Shown piece by piece: positions 45,506-55,982 of a stretch of 64,000 bases of DNA (its first letter is position 1; each line of letters starts with the position of its first letter). Source of the stretch: an uncultured Bdellovibrionales bacterium (GTDB taxonomy: Bacteria; Bdellovibrionota; FAC87; UBA2466); NCBI GenBank assembly GCA_937903155.1, contig CALCZU010000132.1, forward strand, positions 18,043 to 82,042, written 5' to 3'. The position numbers and the translations under genes were made by a program. The notes below the pieces were generated by a model that was not told the origin of the DNA, made no database searches, and saw nothing but the letters and a program-made list of their open reading frames with translations.

Positions 45506-48226
45506 CTACCTCAAAATTCTGATTTCACCCTTACCTGCGTCTACCCGCACTCGATCACCCGTTTTTAAACGCGTCATTAAGCCACCATTGACACCCACAA
45601 TCGTCGGAAGACCGAGCTCTCTCGCAACGACCGCCGAATGGGACAAAAGACTTCCTCGTTCAATTAAGAGGCCGCTACACGAAGGATAAATCGGCACCCA
45701 TCCTGGATCGGTTCTTCCCGTCACTAAGATTTCGCCATCAATCCCTTGCGCATCTTTTGCGGAATGCACGACGCGAACAACGCCTTCGATAATTCCGGGA
45801 CAACAAGGAGTTCCCATCAAGACATCCGGATCATCACTGACTAAGAGATTCCTTAAGAGATCCCCTTCGGCCATTACAGAGGGAAAGCGAGCTGCGGCTC
45901 CCAGCGCACCCATCGTCACCATGCGATCGGGAGGGGCGACCGTTTTGTCGAATGTCGCATACTCCGCTTTTCGGATGGCTACGATTTGCTTCAATTCAAG
46001 AGACACGGCACGGCCCTCGATGAAAGCCACAATTTCTTCCACTGTGAGATAGAAAACATCCTGTCGAGTCTCCAAGAATCCAAGCTGGGTAAGTTTTTCT
46101 CCCATCGCTCTAAAAAGATGACGACTCACCCCAAAAATCTTCGTCCGCGCGAATCTTAAATTTTCGCGATTGCGAACGGCTCGACGGGCCTGCTTTAAAA
46201 TCCAACGGTAGACAATTTTTTTAACGCCCGAAAGCGCTTCGTCCGCCACTTTCTCGGCGGCAATGCGAATTTCTCTTTCGCGGGCTTCCATGTGCTCGAT
46301 TCGGTAAGACTGCGTTTTTACGTAACTCACCACCGATGAAATCACAAAAGTCGGATCATCGTGCAAATCCGGTTCTTCGAGTTTTAATTCGTTAATACAA
46401 CGGAATCCGTAACGGTCGAGGAAGTCTGCGAGGTCCTTCGCGAGGAAGGTTTCCTTGCCTTCGCCTTTAATAAAGCTCCAAAGCTCTTCTGGTGTACTTT
46501 CTAAAGCTTTTTTCTTTAGAATCACATCTTGATCGAGTCGAGCAGCAATTCTCATTAAACATTTTGTCGGCTCGGTGGAATCTAAATCTCCTTGCCCGCA
46601 GAGCAAGTCATTTTGAAGAGAATCTGCTTTCGATGAGTCCTTCACAACCCATTCGCTAGTGAGCTTCTTTAGCAATCCGAAAAAGACCATGCAAAGATAA
46701 TCGTTGATGATCGGTGCCTTCCATTGCTTGAGAAGTTCTTCGTCTAGATAAAAGAAATAATCCGAGAGCTCTTGCAACGACATTGCGTTGAAATTTTTCT
46801 TTCGAGCAACGTCGTAACATTTATTAAATCGATTCTGAAACTCCGCAATAATCGAATCAATTTTTAAAAACCGATTCAAAGTCCTAACGGAAAGAACAAT
46901 TTTTGAGAATAAGGAATACTTCGGTGGCTCTTTTACGAAATCAAAAATTTCTTTCAACTCAGGCCGGACCTGATCTTTCACTCCCATCATGGTTTCCATG
47001 AAGCCCTTGTTGCTCGAGGACCCCGGGAGCATCAGAACGAGCTGATACCAATTCACGAGATTGTAATAAATTCGTCCGCGAATTAGGGCGAGCATATTGC
47101 GAAAGACCTTAGCTTGTTTATCGACGAGCTCTTGAGGCACGCCCATCAGCTCGCAAAACTGAATATAAACTTGGTTATACGCCCGGCTTGCGAAACTAAA
47201 AGTCAGCGGAGACGTCACTCCACTATAGCTTTCAATGATATTCGAGTTATCCCAAAGAATCGGTTGTTTACCGACAATCGTCGGATCGTAAAAAGCATCG
47301 GGAGGAAGACTCGTAATCGGTCTCGTCTGAACCAAAAAGATTTCATTTCCTTCAAGACACCATTCGATATCTTGAGGCGATCCTAGGCTTTCTTCCAATC
47401 GACACGCAAGACCTGCGATTTTTAAAACTTGAGAGTCGGAAAGAGAGGATTTTCCCTGAAGGGTCGCTTCAAGTCCGACTTTTTCAATTCCACCTGAAGA
47501 AAGCTGAGACATCTTCTCTTTTTTATCCGCGATTTTCGAAATAATGTTTTGTGTCTCGCGGTGAGCTTCGAAATCATCCGAATCGAGTTCACCACTGACA
47601 AGCCCTTCTCCCAGTCCCCACACCGAGCTAATTAAAACATGATCTCTGTCTAAAACTTTAATGGGATGCCTCGAGAAGGCGACGCCCGCACTGGTCGCAT
47701 TCACCATCTTCTGAATCACAACCCCCACTCGGATATTGTGAAGAGTGATTCCTCTTTCCAAACGATAGCTCAAAGCTCGTTCTGAAAAACCCGAAGCCCA
47801 GCAGGCTTTAATCGATTCACAGATCTGATCAAATCCTTTCTGAAATAAAAACGAAGAGAATTGTCCCGCAAAAGAGTGCTCGCTTGAATCCTCATCGATT
47901 CCGCTTGAACGAACGGCAACGAACGGGGTCAGAAGTCCCGCTTTTTCGAGTTCACTTTTTAAAATTTCGCCTAACGAAGCTGAAAACGGAGCTGAAGTAA
48001 TCTTCGAATGGATTCGCTCGCTTTCGGCGAGTGGCTCGCCATCGACGACGAGCGCGGACTCCAAATTGTTTTCTTGAATAAATCGGTCGAAAACTTCTGC
48101 ACCGACACAAATCCAGGGCGGCACCGGAAAATTTTTCTGGGAAATTTTAGCGAGATTTGTTGCTTTACCGCCCCCGCGGTTTTGAAAGAACTCAATGGGA
48201 TCATTCGGAGATAGGATCAGATTCAT
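45506..48226 (-). CDS. PEP-utilising phosphotransferase with PPDK_N ATP-grasp domain and C-terminal phospho-His swivel domain (rifampin-phosphotransferase/PEP-synthase-like architecture, no TIM-barrel PEP domain)
   Basis: 906 aa. The N-terminus GGGKATNLAKI is the PPDK_N nucleotide-binding motif. The extreme C-terminus ERGSLLSHSAVVARELGLPTIVGVNGGLMTRLKTGDRVRVDAGKGEI is the PEP-utilisers mobile-domain motif with the catalytic His. Confidence 0.7.
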   Translation of the reverse strand: MNLILSPNDPIEFFQNRGGGKATNLAKISQKNFPVPPWICVGAEVFDRFIQENNLESALVVDGEPLAESERIHSKITSAPFSASLGEILKSELEKAGLLTPFVAVRSSGIDEDSSEHSFAGQFSSFLFQKGFDQICESIKACWASGFSERALSYRLERGITLHNIRVGVVIQKMVNATSAGVAFSRHPIKVLDRDHVLISSVWGLGEGLVSGELDSDDFEAHRETQNIISKIADKKEKMSQLSSGGIEKVGLEATLQGKSSLSDSQVLKIAGLACRLEESLGSPQDIEWCLEGNEIFLVQTRPITSLPPDAFYDPTIVGKQPILWDNSNIIESYSGVTSPLTFSFASRAYNQVYIQFCELMGVPQELVDKQAKVFRNMLALIRGRIYYNLVNWYQLVLMLPGSSSNKGFMETMMGVKDQVRPELKEIFDFVKEPPKYSLFSKIVLSVRTLNRFLKIDSIIAEFQNRFNKCYDVARKKNFNAMSLQELSDYFFYLDEELLKQWKAPIINDYLCMVFFGLLKKLTSEWVVKDSSKADSLQNDLLCGQGDLDSTEPTKCLMRIAARLDQDVILKKKALESTPEELWSFIKGEGKETFLAKDLADFLDRYGFRCINELKLEEPDLHDDPTFVISSVVSYVKTQSYRIEHMEAREREIRIAAEKVADEALSGVKKIVYRWILKQARRAVRNRENLRFARTKIFGVSRHLFRAMGEKLTQLGFLETRQDVFYLTVEEIVAFIEGRAVSLELKQIVAIRKAEYATFDKTVAPPDRMVTMGALGAAARFPSVMAEGDLLRNLLVSDDPDVLMGTPCCPGIIEGVVRVVHSAKDAQGIDGEILVTGRTDPGWVPIYPSCSGLLIERGSLLSHSAVVARELGLPTIVGVNGGLMTRLKTGDRVRVDAGKGEIRILR

Positions 48227-48238
48227 AAAGTTTTCCCT

Positions 48239-49087
48239 CTATAGTTTTCCAAACAGTTTTAATAAAAAAACCGACCAAATATGAATCACTAAGCTGAGAC
48301 TCGCCACAGCCTCTACCACTTTGTGAAGACGAAATCGAAGCAAAAGATAGGAGAGGGGAACGGCAATCGCAAATACTGCGGTCAGAGGATAAACCCCTAA
48401 ATAATAACCGCTTATGAGGGCTATCGTAGTAGTCACTAAAATGATCCCTAAACAGCCTTTGATTCCATACATCTGCCGGTAGGTTTTTAGAAGAACATGA
48501 GCATTCGGGTCGAGCTTACGAGACACTTCGTATGTGAAAAAAGAACCCAGCACGGTAAAGGCGTAGTACCAGGAATAAGATTTAGCGAGCGCTTGCGAAT
48601 CCGTCATAACGACGGGAAACAGACTGACCCAGACGAGAACTAACTGGTGGGTTGTCGCATACAAAATCTGGCGCGCCTCAAGCCACGGGCCTAAATAAAA
48701 CTCCACATACATCAGCCAAAGATGCACGGTGAGCCCCAAAAAGATAAGCCCGCTCACAGGTGAATGCGCGAAGAAAAGACAGCCAGCAAAAAGACCCATT
48801 CCCAAAACGACCAAAAGGATGACTTTCTTCACTTGTTCAACAGGGAGAAGCCCTCGAGGAAGCGGGCGGGTCGGATTTGCGATACAGTCTTTGTGGTAAT
48901 CCTTCACCTCATCCATCATTCTTAACATCGCGAAAAAAACCATAAGTCCCAGAAAAGAGAAGAGAAACTCTCTGGAAAGGAGAATGCCGCCGGCCAAAAG
49001 AGTTCCCGAGGCGCTAAATCCGCCCACCAAAATCGTATACACGACGAGAGGGAATCGCTCTTTTGTGTAGATCCACCAAGCCTTCAT
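48239..49087 (-). CDS. UbiA family aromatic/isoprenoid prenyltransferase (membrane)
   Basis: 282 aa. The first Asp-rich motif is RMMDEVKDYHKD (NDxxDxxxD type) followed by PTRPLPRGLL, in a 7 to 9 TM protein. Confidence 0.75.
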   Translation of the reverse strand: MKAWWIYTKERFPLVVYTILVGGFSASGTLLAGGILLSREFLFSFLGLMVFFAMLRMMDEVKDYHKDCIANPTRPLPRGLLPVEQVKKVILLVVLGMGLFAGCLFFAHSPVSGLIFLGLTVHLWLMYVEFYLGPWLEARQILYATTHQLVLVWVSLFPVVMTDSQALAKSYSWYYAFTVLGSFFTYEVSRKLDPNAHVLLKTYRQMYGIKGCLGIILVTTTIALISGYYLGVYPLTAVFAIAVPLSYLLLRFRLHKVVEAVASLSLVIHIWSVFLLKLFGKL

Positions 49088-49265
49088 TTTTTGTCCTTTA
49101 AACTACTTCAGTCCTACAAAACTACTGGCCCCCACTACAGCCTTGTGCACTTCGAGATGTGTCCTAAAACTTCCTCCACCCGAACACTTCAGTCAAGTGG
49201 GGAGGGACTTTTTTAAAGACTTGAAGTAAGGTTTTTGCTAACGCCTTATCCAAGGGGAAACGAAG

Positions 49266-49976
49266 ATGAAAAACCTCAGTTATTTTTTCGCATTGGCTCT
49301 TTTCATAGGGGCTTCAAGCTTTGCCATCACCCCTCCCGAAATCATCTCGAATGCCGATGCGATTCGAAATCCTTCGCAGAATTTTCACCTCAAAGTCGCC
49401 GTTACGAGCACGGACACCGATGACCAGTCTATTTTTGATGTTTCGATCCAGGGAAATACCCGAACGTTGATTCGGACGTTAAGTCCGGCCCGAGACAAGG
49501 GACGCAATATGCTGATGCTCGAAGAAGACATGTGGTCATACTTGCCCACTTTAAAAAGAGCGGTGCGAGTGAGCTTGAGCCAAAAACTCACCGGCCAAGC
49601 TGCGAATGGAGATATCAGCCGAATGAGGTGGGCCGAAGATTACGAAGCCACCCTCACCCAAGAAACACCCAAAGAGTGGGTTTTGCATTTAAAAGGAAAG
49701 AAGAAAGGTCTGACTTATGATCAGTTAGATGTTTGGGTTGAAAAAGATTCTTTTCGTCCTCTCAAAGCAAATTATCTAAGCGTTACCGGACAGACTTTAA
49801 AAGAAGCGAGTTATCTCGATTACAAACTGATGGCTGGCAAGCAACGACCTACCAAAATCGTGATTCAAGATGCGATTAAAAAATCTGCATCTTCGATTTT
49901 GACCATCCTCGAAATGGAATCACGCGATTTTCCACAATCCCTTTTCACTCAAGGAAATCTATCCCGCAGTGAATAG
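49266..49976 (+). CDS. Outer-membrane lipoprotein-sorting protein, LolA-like fold family
   Basis: 236 aa with a signal peptide. Composition and pattern are typical of small LolA-like (pfam17131-type) proteins. It overlaps the next gene by 8 bp. Confidence 0.5.
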   Translation: MKNLSYFFALALFIGASSFAITPPEIISNADAIRNPSQNFHLKVAVTSTDTDDQSIFDVSIQGNTRTLIRTLSPARDKGRNMLMLEEDMWSYLPTLKRAVRVSLSQKLTGQAANGDISRMRWAEDYEATLTQETPKEWVLHLKGKKKGLTYDQLDVWVEKDSFRPLKANYLSVTGQTLKEASYLDYKLMAGKQRPTKIVIQDAIKKSASSILTILEMESRDFPQSLFTQGNLSRSE

Positions 49977-51174
49977 ACTCGCCTTCACCCTTTTTATTTT
50001 GCTAAGTGCGTTTTATCGCTCTGCAAATGCTTACGAGTTTTCTAAAATCCAATGGACACCCGACTTTGAACTGGGACATCAGCTCGTCTACGGAGCAAAA
50101 GAAAACAAACTTTCGAAGAACTTAGGTTACACCGTTCTCTCGCTCAAGACGGACTTCCCCACCGAGTCGGCGACAGATCTCATCAACACGCGCATTTCTC
50201 TCAGGGGAGCACTGGACACCCAAGGGCCCGATGAAATTTCGATTCGTGCTTTTAACCTCAATTACGGAAACAACTGGCTGACCGTTACTGCAGGTTTTCA
50301 AGAAATAGCGTGGGGAGAAACTTTCGGGGTTTATATTTCCGATCTCGTCAATTCTAAGGACTTAAGAGATCCGTTCCTAAACGATTTGAGTTGGATTCGA
50401 ATTCCAACGGCGTCTTTACTCGCGCAAATCAATCTCGATAATTGGACACTCCAAGCCATCGTCACTCCGTTTCCGAAGAACAATCAATTCCCAGACGAAA
50501 TCAATCACCTTAAAATTGTTGAGCCTCCGGCGCTTCGACGAGACAATGTCTTTGAGCAAGCCGAGTGGGGCGCAAAGTTAGGACGTCTCTTTTCAACGGG
50601 CCTGGACGTGAATTTTTTCGCGCTCTACCATTGGAATCGAAACCCAGTGTTTGCACCTCAGCTTGTGGGAACGACGATTGGACTCATGCCCATTGTCCAG
50701 CAAACAAAATCGACAGGGCTGAGCTTTACTCAAGCGTGGGATAAAGTCGTTCTTCGAGGAGATTTCGTTTACCATTTACAAACACCGTTACAACCCGACT
50801 TCACCCAAAGACACCGAATCGGGAATTTTTTCCAAGCCATTCTGGGATCGGACCTCACGCTCGAGGAAAATTTGATCTTAGGGGCGCAATATCATGGGGA
50901 CTACGACGATGCTTCGAACCGGCATTGGTTGGGTTTGAGGGTCTCCAAACCCTTGCTTCGGCAAAAATTAACGCCAGAGCTTTTTGTTTTTCAAGGAATC
51001 AACAATAGCGACACCTGGATCCAACCCAAAATCCGATGGAATACTTCAGCAAATCTATCTCTTGATTTTGAATACTCTTGGATTCCCAATTTTCGAAGAA
51101 CGGCTCAGCCTGGATACTTTGGAACGTTTGAGAATTATCACCGGGTGTTTAGCTGGCTAAAATACAAATTTTAG
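49969..51174 (+). CDS. Putative outer-membrane beta-barrel protein
   Basis: 401 aa with a signal peptide. Alternating amphipathic beta-strand pattern and a C-terminal aromatic residue (...WLKYKF). Confidence 0.4.
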   Translation: MNRLAFTLFILLSAFYRSANAYEFSKIQWTPDFELGHQLVYGAKENKLSKNLGYTVLSLKTDFPTESATDLINTRISLRGALDTQGPDEISIRAFNLNYGNNWLTVTAGFQEIAWGETFGVYISDLVNSKDLRDPFLNDLSWIRIPTASLLAQINLDNWTLQAIVTPFPKNNQFPDEINHLKIVEPPALRRDNVFEQAEWGAKLGRLFSTGLDVNFFALYHWNRNPVFAPQLVGTTIGLMPIVQQTKSTGLSFTQAWDKVVLRGDFVYHLQTPLQPDFTQRHRIGNFFQAILGSDLTLEENLILGAQYHGDYDDASNRHWLGLRVSKPLLRQKLTPELFVFQGINNSDTWIQPKIRWNTSANLSLDFEYSWIPNFRRTAQPGYFGTFENYHRVFSWLKYKF

Positions 51175-52259
51175 ATCTTTTTCAGAAGTTCCACTTCGTA
51201 AACACCGACTTTTTCTTTCGAAATTAATTCGCGGTAGTTTTGAGTGATGTCGACGTAACCTGTTTTGTCACTGTTCTCAGGGATGTGGAGGTAATGTCGT
51301 AAGACGACCAATGCATTTTTTGAAAGATGCGGTAAGAGATCCGCAAGGTACTTCTTTTCTTTATTTCCCGTAAAATAAGACGGAACATCGGAGAGTGAAT
51401 AAAAATCAATCGGGGAATTCGCCGTTTGAGCGAGTTCAATCACATCTCCCTGCTGATATGAAACCTCACAGTTTTTTGCGCCTTCTTTTGCTGCAGCAAA
51501 AACATCGGGATGACATTCCACAGTACAGCCTTCGGGATAGGCAATTTCTCCCATAAAAAGAAGCTGCAAAAAGAAATTTTCGCGCGCTAACGTATTTTCA
51601 AAAAGATGGGCAAAGACTCGATTGTAAAACCCGACGTAACTCTCGGAGATATTCTTCTTGGTAAAATCGCCTTTATAGAGGAGCGCATTAAAAACCGAGG
51701 CATTTCCTAAGAGCGCGAGCACTAGTTTCCAACGCAAACGCGGAAAACGTTTTTTAAAGTACTCCTTTTGCTCTTTTAAATCTCGGCATTCAAAAATTTT
51801 TCTCCCCGCACGGCCTGTGATTTTGGAATTTACTTTGGAGAGATTTACAAAAAGATTTTCCCACTTACCGAGATACAATAAAGGCTTCCAGTAAATCGAT
51901 TCAAACATTCCCGAGAGATATTCGCGCGCAGGATTCGAGAGTGTCAGAGAATTAAAAATCTTTTTTCTCTCTTCGGCCGTCGCTTCTACTCCGGGATAAC
52001 CGAAAAGTTTTTTAAATTCATCGAGAGAAAGCGCTTTAACGCCTTCAATTCGCATTTCGGTCAGATAGAGCTGAAAAGGAGAAACATCGACGCAAGTGAG
52101 TTTCTTTGGCGCGCGAGAGAGGAGAGGCATGGCTCGCCCGCCACTTCCCGCAACGGTAAAAACATGGGAAGCATTTAGCGGGAGCAAGGCGACTTCTAAA
52201 GCCGTATCTTCATTAGCTAAAGTGTAGTTCAGTTTATTTTCAAAATATTGATTGCTCAC
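51171..52259 (-). CDS. DUF3419 / BtaA-like protein (SAM:diacylglycerol 3-amino-3-carboxypropyl transferase family)
   Basis: 362 aa. The N-terminus LNYTLANEDTALEVALLPLNASHVFTVAGSGGRAMPLL....LTCVDVSPFQLYLTEMR matches the BtaA/DUF3419 pattern (NY..cWED...L.....vl.itSgGcnaL..L....v.aVD.np.Q..L.eLK). Confidence 0.5.
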   Translation of the reverse strand: MSNQYFENKLNYTLANEDTALEVALLPLNASHVFTVAGSGGRAMPLLSRAPKKLTCVDVSPFQLYLTEMRIEGVKALSLDEFKKLFGYPGVEATAEERKKIFNSLTLSNPAREYLSGMFESIYWKPLLYLGKWENLFVNLSKVNSKITGRAGRKIFECRDLKEQKEYFKKRFPRLRWKLVLALLGNASVFNALLYKGDFTKKNISESYVGFYNRVFAHLFENTLARENFFLQLLFMGEIAYPEGCTVECHPDVFAAAKEGAKNCEVSYQQGDVIELAQTANSPIDFYSLSDVPSYFTGNKEKKYLADLLPHLSKNALVVLRHYLHIPENSDKTGYVDITQNYRELISKEKVGVYEVELLKKI

Positions 52260-52361
52260 GACCGCATCCCTCTCAAACCTTGTAGATGCCCCGCCCGCCT
52301 CACTATTAGAAAATTTCGCCTAAATTAGCAAGCCGTTCCTATCAATCTATGGTAACTCTTT

Positions 52362-53780
52362 TTGAAAATTTATAACTTTATGAATTGTATAGAAATTTTT
52401 GCGGAACGACAAAAAGAGGTCAAAGACAATCTCGCTCTATGGTGTCCTGGCCAAGAGAAAATGAGTTTCGGAGAATTATACTCGCTCGCCGCTCGCATTC
52501 AGATTGAACTTTTGAAGCAGGGGTTACGTCCAGAAGATCCGGTTTTAGTTTTTGAAGGTTTATCACCTCGACTTTATGCGACGATTTTAGCCCTTTTATC
52601 GACGGGAGCGACGATTCTCTTCGTTGAGCCTTGGATGCCTTTGAAAAAAATTGAACATGTGATTCAAACTGCAAAACCTCGTTTCTTTCTTGCGGGAGTC
52701 GTTGGTAAACTTTGGGGTTTAAGAGTTCCTGCAATCCGCAAAATTCCAAATTGGATCAGTGTCAACTCGCTCGCAAAAGCTACCAAAACGGGAGAGCTTA
52801 AAATCGAATCGGTTCCCGGCGAAGTTCCAGGGATTATCACTTTTACAACTGGCACAACGGGAAAACCGAAAGGCGTTGTTCGACACCAAAGTTATCTTCT
52901 CGAACAGTACCGCGTTTTTTCAAAGTCTCTTTCAATTAACGATCATTCGGGACCTGACTTGTGCATTTTTGCAAACTTTGCGCTCGCCAATCTTGCAGCA
53001 GGTAGAGGCAGTCTCATTATTCCCTCTGGATGGAAGAAAAAGCATTTAAAACAGCTCGATCATTTTTCCGCGAAAGAAAAACCGGAGACAATGACTTCGG
53101 GCCCGGCGTTCCTCATGCGTTTAATGGAACTTGGGGTCGCAAGAGATCTCAAATCGATTCATATCGGTGGAGCTCTCACCGATTGTGCGATTTTCGAAAA
53201 GGGATTTGCTCACTGGCCAAAAACACACTGGATGCACCTCTATGGAAGCAGCGAAGCTGAGCCCGTAGCACTTGCAGATGCCGAAGAAGCCGTTCGAAAA
53301 AGCCGCGAAAAAGGCCTGTTTCAAACTCTCTATCTGGGAAAACCGATTTCCGAAGTCGAAGCAAGAGTCGAGGACAAAGGCCTTTGGATCACAGGCCCTC
53401 ATGTTTGCCCAAAATACTTTGCAAACGAAGATGAGAATCGAATCCACAAACACACCGATGAAAAAGGTCGAGTGTGGCACGCGATGGGAGATCGGATTGA
53501 AGAAGACTCTAGCGGATGGTGGTATTCGGGAAGGGCTCAGCAATCGCGCGCTGATTTTACGTTAGAACAAAATATTTATTCTCACCTTCAATCGAGCAAC
53601 GCCTTTCTTCATCGAGACAAAGACAAGTTGATTGTTTATGGAAAAAATCTCGAGAAACGAAAAGGCGAACTTCTAAAAGCATTTCCTTCTCTGACAGATT
53701 GTTTTTCCGCACCCATTGTCCGAGATCGCAGACACCGCGCCCGAATCGACCGCGTCGAAAGCCGCAAGCGCGCGAAGTAA
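52362..53780 (+). CDS. AMP-dependent synthetase/ligase (adenylate-forming enzyme)
   Basis: 472 aa. The core motif ITFTTGTTGKPKGVV is the A3 box (T/S)GTTGxPKG. Confidence 0.75.
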   Translation: MKIYNFMNCIEIFAERQKEVKDNLALWCPGQEKMSFGELYSLAARIQIELLKQGLRPEDPVLVFEGLSPRLYATILALLSTGATILFVEPWMPLKKIEHVIQTAKPRFFLAGVVGKLWGLRVPAIRKIPNWISVNSLAKATKTGELKIESVPGEVPGIITFTTGTTGKPKGVVRHQSYLLEQYRVFSKSLSINDHSGPDLCIFANFALANLAAGRGSLIIPSGWKKKHLKQLDHFSAKEKPETMTSGPAFLMRLMELGVARDLKSIHIGGALTDCAIFEKGFAHWPKTHWMHLYGSSEAEPVALADAEEAVRKSREKGLFQTLYLGKPISEVEARVEDKGLWITGPHVCPKYFANEDENRIHKHTDEKGRVWHAMGDRIEEDSSGWWYSGRAQQSRADFTLEQNIYSHLQSSNAFLHRDKDKLIVYGKNLEKRKGELLKAFPSLTDCFSAPIVRDRRHRARIDRVESRKRAK

Positions 53781-53836
53781 ATCGGTCGAAGCCCGTCAAG
53801 GTTTCACCGGCACAAGATCAAAAACTGTGATTGCGC

Positions 53837-53866
53837 GGGTGCTACGCACCCTCGCAATGACGGCGT
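53837..53866. repeat. REP-like element copy (GGGTGCTACGCACCCTCGCAATGACGGCG)
   Basis: Matches the right-arm unit of the 4480..4573 element. It lies between convergent genes. Confidence 0.5.
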
Positions 53867-53897
53867 ATCCAAAATTCTTCTCAAGTACTGCTAGAAA

Positions 53898-55982
<2,085 letters not shown>

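Noticed and set aside
4480-53866. Possibility that the GTCATTGCGAG repeats are a CRISPR array
   Set aside because: Copies are dispersed over 50 kb with irregular spacing. They are palindromic, occur as inverted pairs and sit at gene ends. There are no cas genes and no regular repeat-spacer periodicity. This is REP-like, not CRISPR.
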